DNA from: Escherichia phage 1-6bf
Direction: 5' to 3' (one strand)
DNA: 64,000 nucleotides
Sequence record: OR983334.1
Positions 1-10,400 of the stretch are shown piece by piece (within the stretch, counting starts at the first letter, position 1; each line of letters starts with the position of its first letter). The notes beneath the pieces are model-generated. The model was not told the DNA's origin. It saw only the letters and a list, made by a program, of their open reading frames with translations, and did no database searches. The translations under genes and the position numbers were made by a program.

Positions 1-710
1 TGTGGTGCACTTGCCCTCTGAACTGTTTGAGAAGTAGGAGGTTTACCAGCAAGCATAGCAGCTACCCCTAATACTGCATTACCAAAGTTCTGTTGAGGCT
101 TCTGATCTTCCCCTTCTTGTGCTTCATCAGAGTAAAACTCTACTGGATTGCCACCTAAAGCACCAGTCTTAGAAGCAGCAATTTCTGCCTGAGTCGGAGC
201 TTGTGCGGCCTTCTCTCTATCTAATAAGTCAGGACTAAACTGATTGACTGGTTGAACAGCTTGCAAAGCTCCAACAGGGTTAGCAATCTGAGAAGCTGCA
301 TCACCATAAAAAGGAAGAAAGTGTTTGTTGTTCATTGAATCTAGAGCCTGAGGGGTAAATCCTTTCTTACCAGCGAACATCTGCTTAGCACCACCAGTTC
401 CCTCTGAGTAACCGACCATTGCCTTCTTAACGTCACCATTAAAAGCTTTCAGGTTGTCTCTGATGTAACGAGCACCCATGTCGATATTCTTTGCTGGATC
501 AAGTCTATCTTCTAGTTTGTAACCATAGTCTTTGGCTAACCCTTTACTGATCTGCATCAAACCGACAGGACCAGTTCCGGAAGCCACCTTAGGACGTCCG
601 CTAGACTCTCTTTGGATTACAGCATGAATCAAAGCAGCTGGGATTCCATACTTCTTTGAAGCCTGTTGAACCATCGGGTCTAGTTCTTCTATATCCATTC
701 TAATTGCCAT
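1..710 (-). CDS. Internal virion protein with N-terminal lytic transglycosylase (SLT) domain; 5' part only, gene continues beyond window start
   Basis: Minus-strand ATG at 708-710 preceded by AAGGAGAG; my translation begins MAIRMDIEELDP..ALIHAVIQRESSGRP..GLMQIS (SLT Glu-Ser and GLMQ motifs); frame open to position 1. Confidence 0.6.
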   Translation of the reverse strand, partial: MAIRMDIEELDPMVQQASKKYGIPAALIHAVIQRESSGRPKVASGTGPVGLMQISKGLAKDYGYKLEDRLDPAKNIDMGARYIRDNLKAFNGDVKKAMVGYSEGTGGAKQMFAGKKGFTPQALDSMNNKHFLPFYGDAASQIANPVGALQAVQPVNQFSPDLLDREKAAQAPTQAEIAASKTGALGGNPVEFYSDEAQEGEDQKPQQNFGNAVLGVAAMLAGKPPTSQTVQRASAP

Positions 711-719
711 AAGCTCTCC

Positions 720-1754
720 TTATTGTATGCTTCTAAAAATCTTCCTAGCATCTAGTACTGGAACCTGAAGGGAGATAGCCCCACCACCACCCATATCGTA
801 GTTTCTACTCCACTGGAACATATATCGACCATACCCTGTGCCAAAAGAAGACCCGTTCATTATATGAGATCTTGCGTGTTGGAAATACCAACTACCAGCT
901 TGGCCTCTAATTGAACCAGCCCCATTCGTCAGAGGAATCATAGGATAGGATAGTCCAGTGTCTCCTCCACTCATAGCCATAAAGCGATCAACCATAAAAG
1001 GTGTTCTGTAAGTAGAGAATACACATTGAGAACCATTAGGTGAGTAGATGTTCAATCCACCATTGTGAGTAGGAACACCAGCCCCATCACAGAACACTGC
1101 AACTCTCACATTGTTGATTGTACCTGTTTGGTTGTTGTTTCCATTGTCGTATGTTCTGTTTTGATAAACTCTGATATTACGACTCCCTGCATCGTACAGT
1201 AAACCTTGCCCTCCAGACCAGTTAGCAAACACAGAAGCTCTTGACATATCAAAACCACTGATGGCTGGTATTTGCATAGAACCATTAATGTTTCCTTCCC
1301 AAGCCCAAATACATTGACCAACAACCCCAGCATCTGATATAGAGAAGTAATCAGCTGTGTTTGAAAAGGTTATCCCGTAGTTTCTATTAGCTCTAGGCCA
1401 TATTTGATATACATTGAAAGCCACGTCAAACAATGGGTTACTTCCGGGATTCATATTTATGCTAACCCTAAAAGTTGAGTTATTCACAATACTTATGTTA
1501 TTTACAACATACACATCAGGGACAAGGTTAGGAGGGACTTCCCATTGCCAACACAAAGAGCCGGTTGGGACTACAACAATTTGGCCTGAGCCATCCCATC
1601 CAGAAATAGGGAAATCTCTACTACCTCCATTAAAGTTGTAATTACCACTGACCCTATTCTTGAATTGAGGGAAAGTGGAATTACTATCAATAAAAATCTC
1701 AGCCGGAGAAGCTGGTCCCGGTCCAACTGGCGTTGTCCATATTCCATATGCCAT
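720..1754 (-). CDS. Tail fiber / receptor-binding protein candidate (344 aa)
   Basis: ORF track; Gly/Asn/Ser-rich beta-type composition, adjacent to other fiber genes. Confidence 0.35.
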   Translation of the reverse strand: MAYGIWTTPVGPGPASPAEIFIDSNSTFPQFKNRVSGNYNFNGGSRDFPISGWDGSGQIVVVPTGSLCWQWEVPPNLVPDVYVVNNISIVNNSTFRVSINMNPGSNPLFDVAFNVYQIWPRANRNYGITFSNTADYFSISDAGVVGQCIWAWEGNINGSMQIPAISGFDMSRASVFANWSGGQGLLYDAGSRNIRVYQNRTYDNGNNNQTGTINNVRVAVFCDGAGVPTHNGGLNIYSPNGSQCVFSTYRTPFMVDRFMAMSGGDTGLSYPMIPLTNGAGSIRGQAGSWYFQHARSHIMNGSSFGTGYGRYMFQWSRNYDMGGGGAISLQVPVLDARKIFRSIQ

Positions 1755-1755
1755 A

Positions 1756-2790
1756 TTACCAACTCCCTATTCTGATACGGAGTGTACCACTTCCATCATA
1801 AAAATCTATCCTGTTCCCATTCATCCATAGCTGAGAACCACCAGTACCACCCATAACAAAATCACCACCAACAGTCAATCTCCAGTTTGTACCACTCATA
1901 GAACCAGCGGTAATTTTATTAGCAGACAAACTCTGAATCTGTGCGTTTGTGATGTTGACATTATCAATTTGTGCCCACTGTATTCTAGCGTCAGCAATCA
2001 TAGCAGTTGTAATGTTGACATTCTTTATGTCAGCAAACTCCATCTTCGCTCTACCGTTTTCAAAAACAAAAGGAGTGTTACCGGAGCTGCCATCACCAAC
2101 AATAAATTTGTTAGCTGTTACTTGGAATTGACTGTTTGTTCCGTTGTTAGTTAGCTTGACCCCAGCATATTTTCCGTTGATTGTAGAGTTAACACCCCAC
2201 GTAGCTTCATACTCAGAGAGTTTCATATACTGAGAAAGGCTTCCGTTGATATTTTGAATCTCTGTCTGAACTAAAGCGATCTCTTGACCTTGGTCGTTAA
2301 CAATCCCTTCTACCGTTTGAATCTTAGTTGTGTTACCTTCAATACTAGTTTTAAAGCCAGATACAGTGCTTTCTAATTTTACAGGAGGTTGAACAGAATT
2401 ATCCCAAATATCTTCAGTGGATAAGTTCCCCATCTGAGTTTGGATATCTGCAATAGCTGTCTCTATCTCTGTAGTAACTCTATTCTCAAGCTCATCAAAT
2501 TGTAGATTCATCGCATGAAGAGCTTTGATACGAACATCAATCTCATCGTGAATCTCATCAATAGCTTGGAACATTTGGTTAGTAGCTGTACTAACTTTCT
2601 GTAGCTCGTCATATACGGCTACGTTATATGTTTCTGTGTCCTGTACATTATTGAGAAACCCAACGTTGTACGGGAGTGTGGTGTTATTACGACCAGTGTT
2701 CTTACGAAAACCACCTGCACCCATAAGTTCCTCCAAAACAATAAAAGGGGCACGAAGCCCCTTGTTGTTATCTCCGTCCGCCAACAGCAA
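1756..2790 (-). CDS. Tail fiber protein candidate with central coiled coil (344 aa)
   Basis: ORF track; heptad-like central region (NLQFDELENRV..), Gly-rich C-terminus. Confidence 0.4.
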   Translation of the reverse strand: MLLADGDNNKGLRAPFIVLEELMGAGGFRKNTGRNNTTLPYNVGFLNNVQDTETYNVAVYDELQKVSTATNQMFQAIDEIHDEIDVRIKALHAMNLQFDELENRVTTEIETAIADIQTQMGNLSTEDIWDNSVQPPVKLESTVSGFKTSIEGNTTKIQTVEGIVNDQGQEIALVQTEIQNINGSLSQYMKLSEYEATWGVNSTINGKYAGVKLTNNGTNSQFQVTANKFIVGDGSSGNTPFVFENGRAKMEFADIKNVNITTAMIADARIQWAQIDNVNITNAQIQSLSANKITAGSMSGTNWRLTVGGDFVMGGTGGSQLWMNGNRIDFYDGSGTLRIRIGSW

Positions 2791-5779
2791 ACTCTATCGT
2801 TAACCCATTGATAGCAGCATTACTGTTAACATCATTATCTATAACATTATAGAAAAGGTATGGATGGTTCAGTCTCACCGAGACATGTCTGTCAACACCG
2901 ATTGTATAAGTCTTAGATGTGTGTGGGTGTCCATATTCATTTGAGAATTGACTACCTCCAGCTTCAAAGGTATAGGTGCCTGAGCCAGTTGTCTGAGGAC
3001 GGAATCTATTAACATGCTTCTGATTCCACTCATTCGTCACATTATCAAAATCTATACCAGTCCTCTCCAACCTCATTTCCAGAGGCTTCTCTATAACAGC
3101 ATCATTTAATCTGTCATAGAAATAGTCAAGAGCGCCTACATCCACTTGGTAGAATCCCCTCAAGAATGAACCTACTATCGTAATCCTCTGTCTGAAGTTT
3201 GTTGCATCCTTTCTCCAAACAAGCTCTTTGATCGATGGGTCATCCCAAGTGATTTCTTGGAAGTCAGCCCAAATTGGACCCCTTTCAAGGACAGGAGGAT
3301 CAACCAAACCAATACACTGAGCATATGGGATAGTACGGAAAGACCAAGTATCAAACTCGTAATTCCATACAGCAGCTTTAGTACAAGCATAACTTTCCTT
3401 AGGCTCTCCCGGACCTACATAAAGAATCCAAACCTCCTTTTTATCTTGATGTAAGTGAACTCTGGTAGCTAACGGGTTGACCAGACAGATCTCATTAATC
3501 AGCATGTTCTTGACACGGTTGGAAGCGATTGACTTCTTAGTTGCGCCGTTATGTAAGATCACATCGTTCTGAGTAACAACGAAATGGCTACCTTCTACTT
3601 CAACTGCACACTCAGGAGCAAGGATACCAGAGTCATTAAAGAGTTTCTTGAACATCAGTGGTTGATACGTGTTATTAGTCGGAGAACCAATGTACGTTTC
3701 AAACTCCGTGTAAACGAACAAGTAATCTTTAAGAGGTAGGATATCAATCAAGCTGCCATTGGAGTCTGCTAAATCAATGTAACCAGCATAACCATTTTCC
3801 AGAGCCTCAGTCTGCCCAACTATGTTCGAAGCTAAGTCAGATGTTACTAAACGATCATAGGCAAAGTCATCCCATAGTGTAGGAGCTTTGTTCTCATTAG
3901 CAAAATTAGACCAACGAAGACGAAGTGGGTAGTTAGTTGTAACGCCAGAAGCATTTGATTCCCTCATATTCAGGGCAAAGAGCCTGTTGTTAAAAGAACG
4001 AACTCTTTCACATTTCCAGTTGAACTTCTTAACTGAAGGATTCCCATCACTATCTACCACTGTTTGTTCTCCCCACCCCGGAAGATCAGTAAAATGTTCA
4101 GATTCGAATTCTTTTACTTGTGGTGTTTCATAGTGAGTTGTAGCAACTGCACAGTTTGATATAACAGCATGATACCAAGGATAGTCGTCAAACGCGTCAT
4201 AATCCCTTTGTGTCATTTGGCTGACAGAACATGTTATGTTAATCTCACCTTTGCGAAGAGCTGTAAGTTTAATAGATTTACCAGTTACTGAAGTAGTTGA
4301 GACATAGCCAGTTTTGTCTACAGACCATAAGTACGAGTAGTCACCCTCTGGAGACGCTGTAGCTGTAATAACGATCTCCTCTCCTACATCAAGAGAAGCA
4401 CTAACTACATCTAATGTTACAGAGTCTAAAGGAGTGGCAAAAAGAGAGGCTCTTGCAAAACCTTCCATGTCATCAACGTTTGAATAATCATAGAAGCTAT
4501 TTCCTTCAGACATTCCAGTAGTATCAATCCCAGAGGAGGGTGATGCAAAATATAAAACCTCTTCTGATTCAGGAACTACTACATCCTCGACCACTTCTGG
4601 AGCATCTGGTTCAGTAGAAGACTCAGCCATAAGAGAGGTTCTCATCATCCTTCCAGCCAAATCTACACGAACTGTACAGACAGCGGTTCTGTTGCCCTCT
4701 TGAGTAGTAGCAGTAATCTCAGTGAATCCAGCTGTAATTGCAGTGATGGTAGCCTCTGTGCTCGTACCAGACACTGTAGCAATATTCGGGTTAGAGGAAG
4801 TCCATGTTATATTTTTATTAGGAGCATTCGTTGGAGACACTGTAGCTGTGAGAATATATTGAACCCCTCTATTAATGGTAACATCTGTTTGACTCAGAGT
4901 AATACTATCAATCTGTGGGATTACATTAACAATACATGATGCAGTTTTTGTTCCATTGTCTGCTGTAACAGTTGCTGTCCCTTCTCCATTAGCTACAAGC
5001 ACTGCTGTGAGTGTGTTAGCATTAGGTGTTATAGAAATGATAGAGCCATTAGTAGTGGACCAACTTACAGAAGTTTTACCAGTCACCGCAGTTATGGTAG
5101 TATTTCCACCTTTACGGACAGTCAGAGTATCCTGACTCAAGAAAATACCTGAGTCTCCGTCAATAATATTGACAGCAATCTGAGCTGATACAGATTCATC
5201 TTTAGTCTGAACTGTAACTACGAGATTACCTTCTTTATTCAAAGACGTCAAAGAGGCTTTCTTAGAGTCAGTAGGGTCTACAGTGATCTGACCGTAAGAA
5301 GAGTTACTAACACTCCAAACAAGTTCAGGGTTATTAGCATCTTCTGGAGAGATTGTAACTTCTAGAGATTTAGTTTGGTTGAAGTTCATAGAAATAGTAG
5401 ACTCTTTAGGAGTAATCCTAGAGACTACAGGGTATATCTTGATATTAGCAGAAGCTTTTTTAGTGACCGTAGCAACTTTCCTGCTGATATCAGTTAAGCT
5501 TTCATCTGTTAGTTTATATAACTTCTTATTGGTTCCCACAATAAGAAAGCTATTACCTGCACTATAGTAATCGAAAGGCATAGATATGAAAGATAATGGG
5601 GTTAGATCCTTATCTTCATCTACGTAAGAAAGAGGGGCATTGCCCCCCGTCTTAAAAACTCTCTGCTCAACAAATCGAGCGTTTATAGCGTTAGTGAAAG
5701 CGTTAGGAGCTAAATCAGTAGGTGCTTGGTCAGCAATAACACCGACAGCACCGAGTGATTTTATTGGATACAACGCCAT
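2768..5779 (-). CDS. Large virion structural protein with tandem bacterial Ig-like (Big_2-type) domains (1003 aa)
   Basis: ORF track; repeated Thr/Ser/Val-rich segments (ITAVTGKTSVSWSTTNGSI..; VTISPEDANNPELVWSVSNSS..) typical of Big_2 domains. Confidence 0.5.
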   Translation of the reverse strand: MALYPIKSLGAVGVIADQAPTDLAPNAFTNAINARFVEQRVFKTGGNAPLSYVDEDKDLTPLSFISMPFDYYSAGNSFLIVGTNKKLYKLTDESLTDISRKVATVTKKASANIKIYPVVSRITPKESTISMNFNQTKSLEVTISPEDANNPELVWSVSNSSYGQITVDPTDSKKASLTSLNKEGNLVVTVQTKDESVSAQIAVNIIDGDSGIFLSQDTLTVRKGGNTTITAVTGKTSVSWSTTNGSIISITPNANTLTAVLVANGEGTATVTADNGTKTASCIVNVIPQIDSITLSQTDVTINRGVQYILTATVSPTNAPNKNITWTSSNPNIATVSGTSTEATITAITAGFTEITATTQEGNRTAVCTVRVDLAGRMMRTSLMAESSTEPDAPEVVEDVVVPESEEVLYFASPSSGIDTTGMSEGNSFYDYSNVDDMEGFARASLFATPLDSVTLDVVSASLDVGEEIVITATASPEGDYSYLWSVDKTGYVSTTSVTGKSIKLTALRKGEINITCSVSQMTQRDYDAFDDYPWYHAVISNCAVATTHYETPQVKEFESEHFTDLPGWGEQTVVDSDGNPSVKKFNWKCERVRSFNNRLFALNMRESNASGVTTNYPLRLRWSNFANENKAPTLWDDFAYDRLVTSDLASNIVGQTEALENGYAGYIDLADSNGSLIDILPLKDYLFVYTEFETYIGSPTNNTYQPLMFKKLFNDSGILAPECAVEVEGSHFVVTQNDVILHNGATKKSIASNRVKNMLINEICLVNPLATRVHLHQDKKEVWILYVGPGEPKESYACTKAAVWNYEFDTWSFRTIPYAQCIGLVDPPVLERGPIWADFQEITWDDPSIKELVWRKDATNFRQRITIVGSFLRGFYQVDVGALDYFYDRLNDAVIEKPLEMRLERTGIDFDNVTNEWNQKHVNRFRPQTTGSGTYTFEAGGSQFSNEYGHPHTSKTYTIGVDRHVSVRLNHPYLFYNVIDNDVNSNAAINGLTIEFAVGGRR

Positions 5780-5788
5780 AATTCCTCC

Positions 5789-6592
5789 TTAGCTAATACG
5801 TCTCCAAATGTGAGCCGCTCTGAATGGTGGCAAAGTGTTAATAGGTTGACGAGATATGTCATCACGTCCAAAACTAACAGAACCAGATATTGTGTGAGTA
5901 TGAGTATCAGATTCTGTTCTATGAGTAAACCCAGAACCGGGACTATACCAGTTAGGAGAACTATTGTGACCACTAGCATCCCCACGACCAAAGTTGATAT
6001 TGTGTGAATGGGTGTTACTGGAAACAGAGAAGCTAGAGCCATCAATAGTTATCAACGGTAAGTTCTCTGTCTGGACTGTATTGAAAATCCTACCACCAGT
6101 AGCTCCAGATGTAAACTCAACCCTAGAGGCATTAGGAACTGTACCATCAGGGTTGACCACACCAGTACCCATGATAACACCAGTAACTTTAGACCAAGAG
6201 CCAAACCCAAGAGAGATAGAGTCTCCGGGGTTGATATCCTCTTCAGTGATATAGTAAGAACCAATTCGATAAAGCTTATTCTCCATCCAGTTCTTCATGA
6301 ACGCTTCCATCTGGCCTTTAGTAACAACATCCTTGTCACCAGTTCCCGGAGTAACGTTCTTAATCATAAGACCGCCAACATCCATTGCATCACCAGTAAA
6401 CTTGAGCTTCTCTGACATGATCTTAAAGGTGTCGGAATCTATATCAACTGGCTCAGTTACATTAGGGAATGTGTTCTTTAGTGTTTGTTTAATGAGGCGG
6501 ATTTGGGCCGCCCCTTCGTAGATATAATCCCTATCTCTAGGATAGAGCGGGTTCAGGTCGGTAATCACGACCGCATTAGTTTCAATAGCCAA
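5789..6592 (-). CDS. Tail fiber / tail protein candidate (267 aa)
   Basis: ORF track; Gly/Ser/Thr/His-rich C-terminal part; position in tail gene block. Confidence 0.35.
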   Translation of the reverse strand: MAIETNAVVITDLNPLYPRDRDYIYEGAAQIRLIKQTLKNTFPNVTEPVDIDSDTFKIMSEKLKFTGDAMDVGGLMIKNVTPGTGDKDVVTKGQMEAFMKNWMENKLYRIGSYYITEEDINPGDSISLGFGSWSKVTGVIMGTGVVNPDGTVPNASRVEFTSGATGGRIFNTVQTENLPLITIDGSSFSVSSNTHSHNINFGRGDASGHNSSPNWYSPGSGFTHRTESDTHTHTISGSVSFGRDDISRQPINTLPPFRAAHIWRRIS

Positions 6593-6604
6593 AAGGAACC
6601 TCCA

Positions 6605-7096
6605 TTAATATTTACCTTCGGTATAAAGATCAGCTTCCGCAACCCTTCTGTTATGAAGACCCTGACTTCTCTGCTTCTCTCCCTTAACCGTAATTTTATC
6701 CCAACGTAGAAATTCTGAGTATATATCACCCTTAACCTCTCCATTGATAACTTTCCTTAGCTTAGATGTGCTCAGTGCCCCACTACCAACATTGAAGTTG
6801 AAAGAGGTGAGTGCATCGAACTCATGAACTAGCAAAGGAACCTTTATGTTCTTCTGAGTAGCACGAACAGAGTCTTGTGTGTCTCTATCTAGCAGAGCTA
6901 GACAATCCTCTATAGAATATGTTAATCCTTGCCTAACCGGATAACCATTCATATCGCGCGTAGCCCCTACACAAATCGTCCAGATGCCTGCGGAATCTTT
7001 ATAAGCTTTGGTTCTCATACCCTCATGCTTCATGATGAATTCCATTCCAGCTGGGCTTAAGTTTAGTTGTACAGGTGGCAATGCGACGTTATCCAT
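6605..7096 (-). CDS. Endolysin, T4-type lysozyme (GH24)
   Basis: EFIMKHEGMRTKAYKDSAGIWTICVGAT aligns by eye with the T4 lysozyme catalytic Glu/Asp/Thr triad region. Confidence 0.75.
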   Translation of the reverse strand: MDNVALPPVQLNLSPAGMEFIMKHEGMRTKAYKDSAGIWTICVGATRDMNGYPVRQGLTYSIEDCLALLDRDTQDSVRATQKNIKVPLLVHEFDALTSFNFNVGSGALSTSKLRKVINGEVKGDIYSEFLRWDKITVKGEKQRSQGLHNRRVAEADLYTEGKY

Positions 7097-7125
7097 TTCT
7101 AACCTCCTTTCATGGTCCCTTTAAA

Positions 7126-7344
7126 TTAAGGTAGTATCTTTCTCAGAGCGTTAGATTCAGCATCAGGGCAAATAACAACCAAATTGTTTTGAATGGTTCG
7201 CTGCTTGCATTGTGAACTGAGTTTCTCTACTGGAGCAGGAGTAGTGACTAAAGGGTGGACTGCATTAACAGGAACTGCTGTTGATACAACAACTCCAGCA
7301 CCTAAGCAAACTAAACCGTATGCAGCTTGTTTCATCATTTTCAT
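7126..7344 (-). CDS. Small secreted Pro-rich protein, lysis-accessory candidate
   Basis: N-terminal signal-peptide-like segment MKMMKQAAYGLVCLGAGVVVSTAVPVNA; lies directly upstream of the endolysin gene. Confidence 0.3.
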   Translation of the reverse strand: MKMMKQAAYGLVCLGAGVVVSTAVPVNAVHPLVTTPAPVEKLSSQCKQRTIQNNLVVICPDAESNALRKILP

Positions 7345-7397
7345 CTTAGTGTCTCCTATATATTAACCTTTCATTCATATTGAATTCATTATCTGTC

Positions 7398-7432
7398 TCA
7401 CCTAAATACTACTAAAACCCTCCGAAGAGGGT
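7398..7432 (-). terminator. Rho-independent terminator after tail fiber gene
   Basis: Minus-strand hairpin AACCCTCTTCGGAGGGTT followed by a T-rich run. Confidence 0.45.
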
Positions 7433-7484
7433 TATTAGATTTAGCTATAAGATGCATCAACTGCACAAGAAAAACAGTGACCAC

Positions 7485-10400
7485 TTATTTTTTCTCTAGC
7501 AGTTCCAGTCGCTTGATAATATCCTGCAAGCAAGACACTATCGGAGAGATGAACTCACCGTAGCGAAGACCAAGCTTACCGTCCTCACCTTCAACGTACC
7601 CACCGAAGTCGGAGATTCCCAACTTGTCTACGAGATCCTTAACTTCCTGTGCGATGAATCCATAGTGCGTACGTTTACCCGGTACTTCCGTAATAACTTG
7701 GCGAGTTTTAGGAACGGTTACTTTCTCCATCAACGGTGTTTTGATTGTTCCAATGACATTACCTAGCTCATCACGCAGATCAACCTCATGGAATACTGGA
7801 CGCTCTACTTCCTTGTCAACGAACTTACGGACGTAATAGACTTCATCTCCATCAACAACACGTTCGTGGACTTCTTCAGTTGAAACAACCTTTTCTACCA
7901 CCTGACGTTCAATCTCCTCTACACCATCTTCAATCTCTTCTACAATATTCCCACCAACAATGTTTTTGTAAGAAACAGGGTTTAGGCCCAGAATAAAGTC
8001 TGTAGATAGATTGGATCCTTGAACTTCGGTTTTTGTCGTCCCATCAGAAGTCTGGATAGTAGCGTTCGATGACCATATCTGTGACCACCTATTCCCAGAC
8101 TTACCACACGAATAGATGTTATCTACATATGGATACATCGCGGCGTTAACACCTACCTCGGAGTGGAACACAACCTTACCTGCACCTTTAGACTTAATAG
8201 TTAACGACGCATCCGGTGTAGATCCACCAGAGACTGTAACGGTGGCGTTGCCATTCCTGTTGTCCAGCATGATTTGTGGGTTAGAGGTTTGGCTATAGGG
8301 TACATATAACGGCCCGTTCCCGTAGTTACCACCGAGGGTTACATCTCCATTGGCTGCGGAGATAATGCTTCTTCGCATCTGCCCGTTATCTTCCCAACCA
8401 GATCCAATGTAGAGTGGATACTGCTCATTCGCTGGGTTACTAGCAGCAGCGTGCAATGCGTAATATCCACTATTATTGGCAATGAGACTAATATTTTCCT
8501 CAAAGCCAGCATCATTGATACGATGAACCCGAAGTGCACTGTTGAGGTTGTTAACTGTACCCCAGAATTTATATTCTGTTGATGCTGAATCCCCCGGAGC
8601 AGAACTAAGGGTAACATGCTGAGGGTCTGTAAAAGCCACTACGCGGTAGTCGACACCATTAATAGTCATTGTCTGAGGTACTGATGCGTCGGGAATCACA
8701 AACGGATCACCACTAATGCGGGTTACAGTAGTGCCGGATACACTGCATACACCACTGCCGTGGTAGTAACACAAGCTGTACGAGTGGGTTGCATTTGATC
8801 CCCAAGTAACAGGTGACCCATTGATATTTTTAACAGTAAAACCATCTGCTGTTACGGATGCTACAGTATAAAGTGCATCATAGATAGCAATAGGTTTACC
8901 GATCGCTTCAGATGTAATGCTAGCACCAGACAGGATTTTTACAGCATTGCTGCCTGAGATTGTCTGACATGACCCGGATTTAGAACTTGGATATATCGCC
9001 ATTTCTGTAGGGTGAGGCCATTTAGATGCACGAACACCTAACCACCCAGAACTACCATCGGTAAACATTCTAATACCATCAGCACCGTTATATGGCACAG
9101 CCCCACCAATCTGAATTCCGGTTGACGTCACTCCGTTATCACCGAAAACAGCAGATGTGGTCATCCTCTCAGTAGTTCCTGGCTTAGCCCATTGGGAAAC
9201 TTTAGTTGTCCCATCCGACATAATGCGATTTACAATAGCACCATAGAATTTACCAGCACCAGTAAATGTCACTGGTTCTTCAAATACGAAACGGCGACCG
9301 TAACATTCTACATTACTATTGAGGAGGTATGTCCCGCTTGGAACAATGATCTCACGACTTTTAGGTAGAAGTGTGTTGGCAGAAATAAAGGAACTTGCAG
9401 CATCCGTAGTGCCGTTGTATTTATCACCAAGAAAGTCAAGAATGCTACTGAATTGTGCATTTATGTCATGCTGAGTACGAGCCGCAGCGCCAGCGAAAGG
9501 AGCCTTGACCCCAATTAGTGCATCACCTTGAGCTACGTTAGACGTATTAGAAAGCTGAGCTGTTGGTACACGACTATCCGCATTAGTATTAGCAGCAGCA
9601 GCAGCATCTTTAGCTTCGTTAATCTTCGTTTCAAGTAATGCAGTTTCAGTAGACAGTTGACCGAGAGCTACTGGTTCGTTGTTAGCTACTGCATCAGGAA
9701 TCACTGGAGACTGCGTGAAAGTAACCTTGTTAGTCATTGAGGTTATATCAGAGTTAGCCCCACTTTTAGCAGCAACAAGAGACATACGCGCTGCATCTGC
9801 TGTTGTTGCCCCAGTGCCACCCTGTCCAACCCCTAACGGTATCCAACCTGTTCCAGTGCTGCTGCCCCATGCACCGTTATCCTGGATACGCAAGCGGTTG
9901 GAACCGTTGGCTGTAAGGAAATCGCTATAACTACCACCTTGTATTACGCGGTTGACACCGAGATTCTCTCTGGCACTGACCACCGTTGTTGCCCCCGTAC
10001 CTCCATTAACAATAGGTACAGTGTCCAAAGTAGAAATAGGTCCAAGTCCTAGATTAGTTCTTGCACCAGCAGCATCTCTTGCCCCTGTACCACCTTGATT
10101 TACTTTAAGAGCAATAGGTCCTGTACCTGTTGAGGAATAACACCCCCAAGTGTCGCCATCTTTGTTTACGTATAAAAAAGCGCTACCTGTTCCATTACGT
10201 AGCTGAGTTTCACCGCTAGTTAACTGAGTAAGACGGTCAACTGAGAGATTTATACGAGCATTAGCAGCATCTTTTGCCCCTGTACCACCTTGAGCTACAG
10301 ATAGGGCAGTAGTCAACCCACGAATCTGGTTAATATCGTTGTTAACGCCAGAAGCAGCTGCGCCAGTAACTTGACTTACTGTGTAGTCTCCAGCAGCCGG

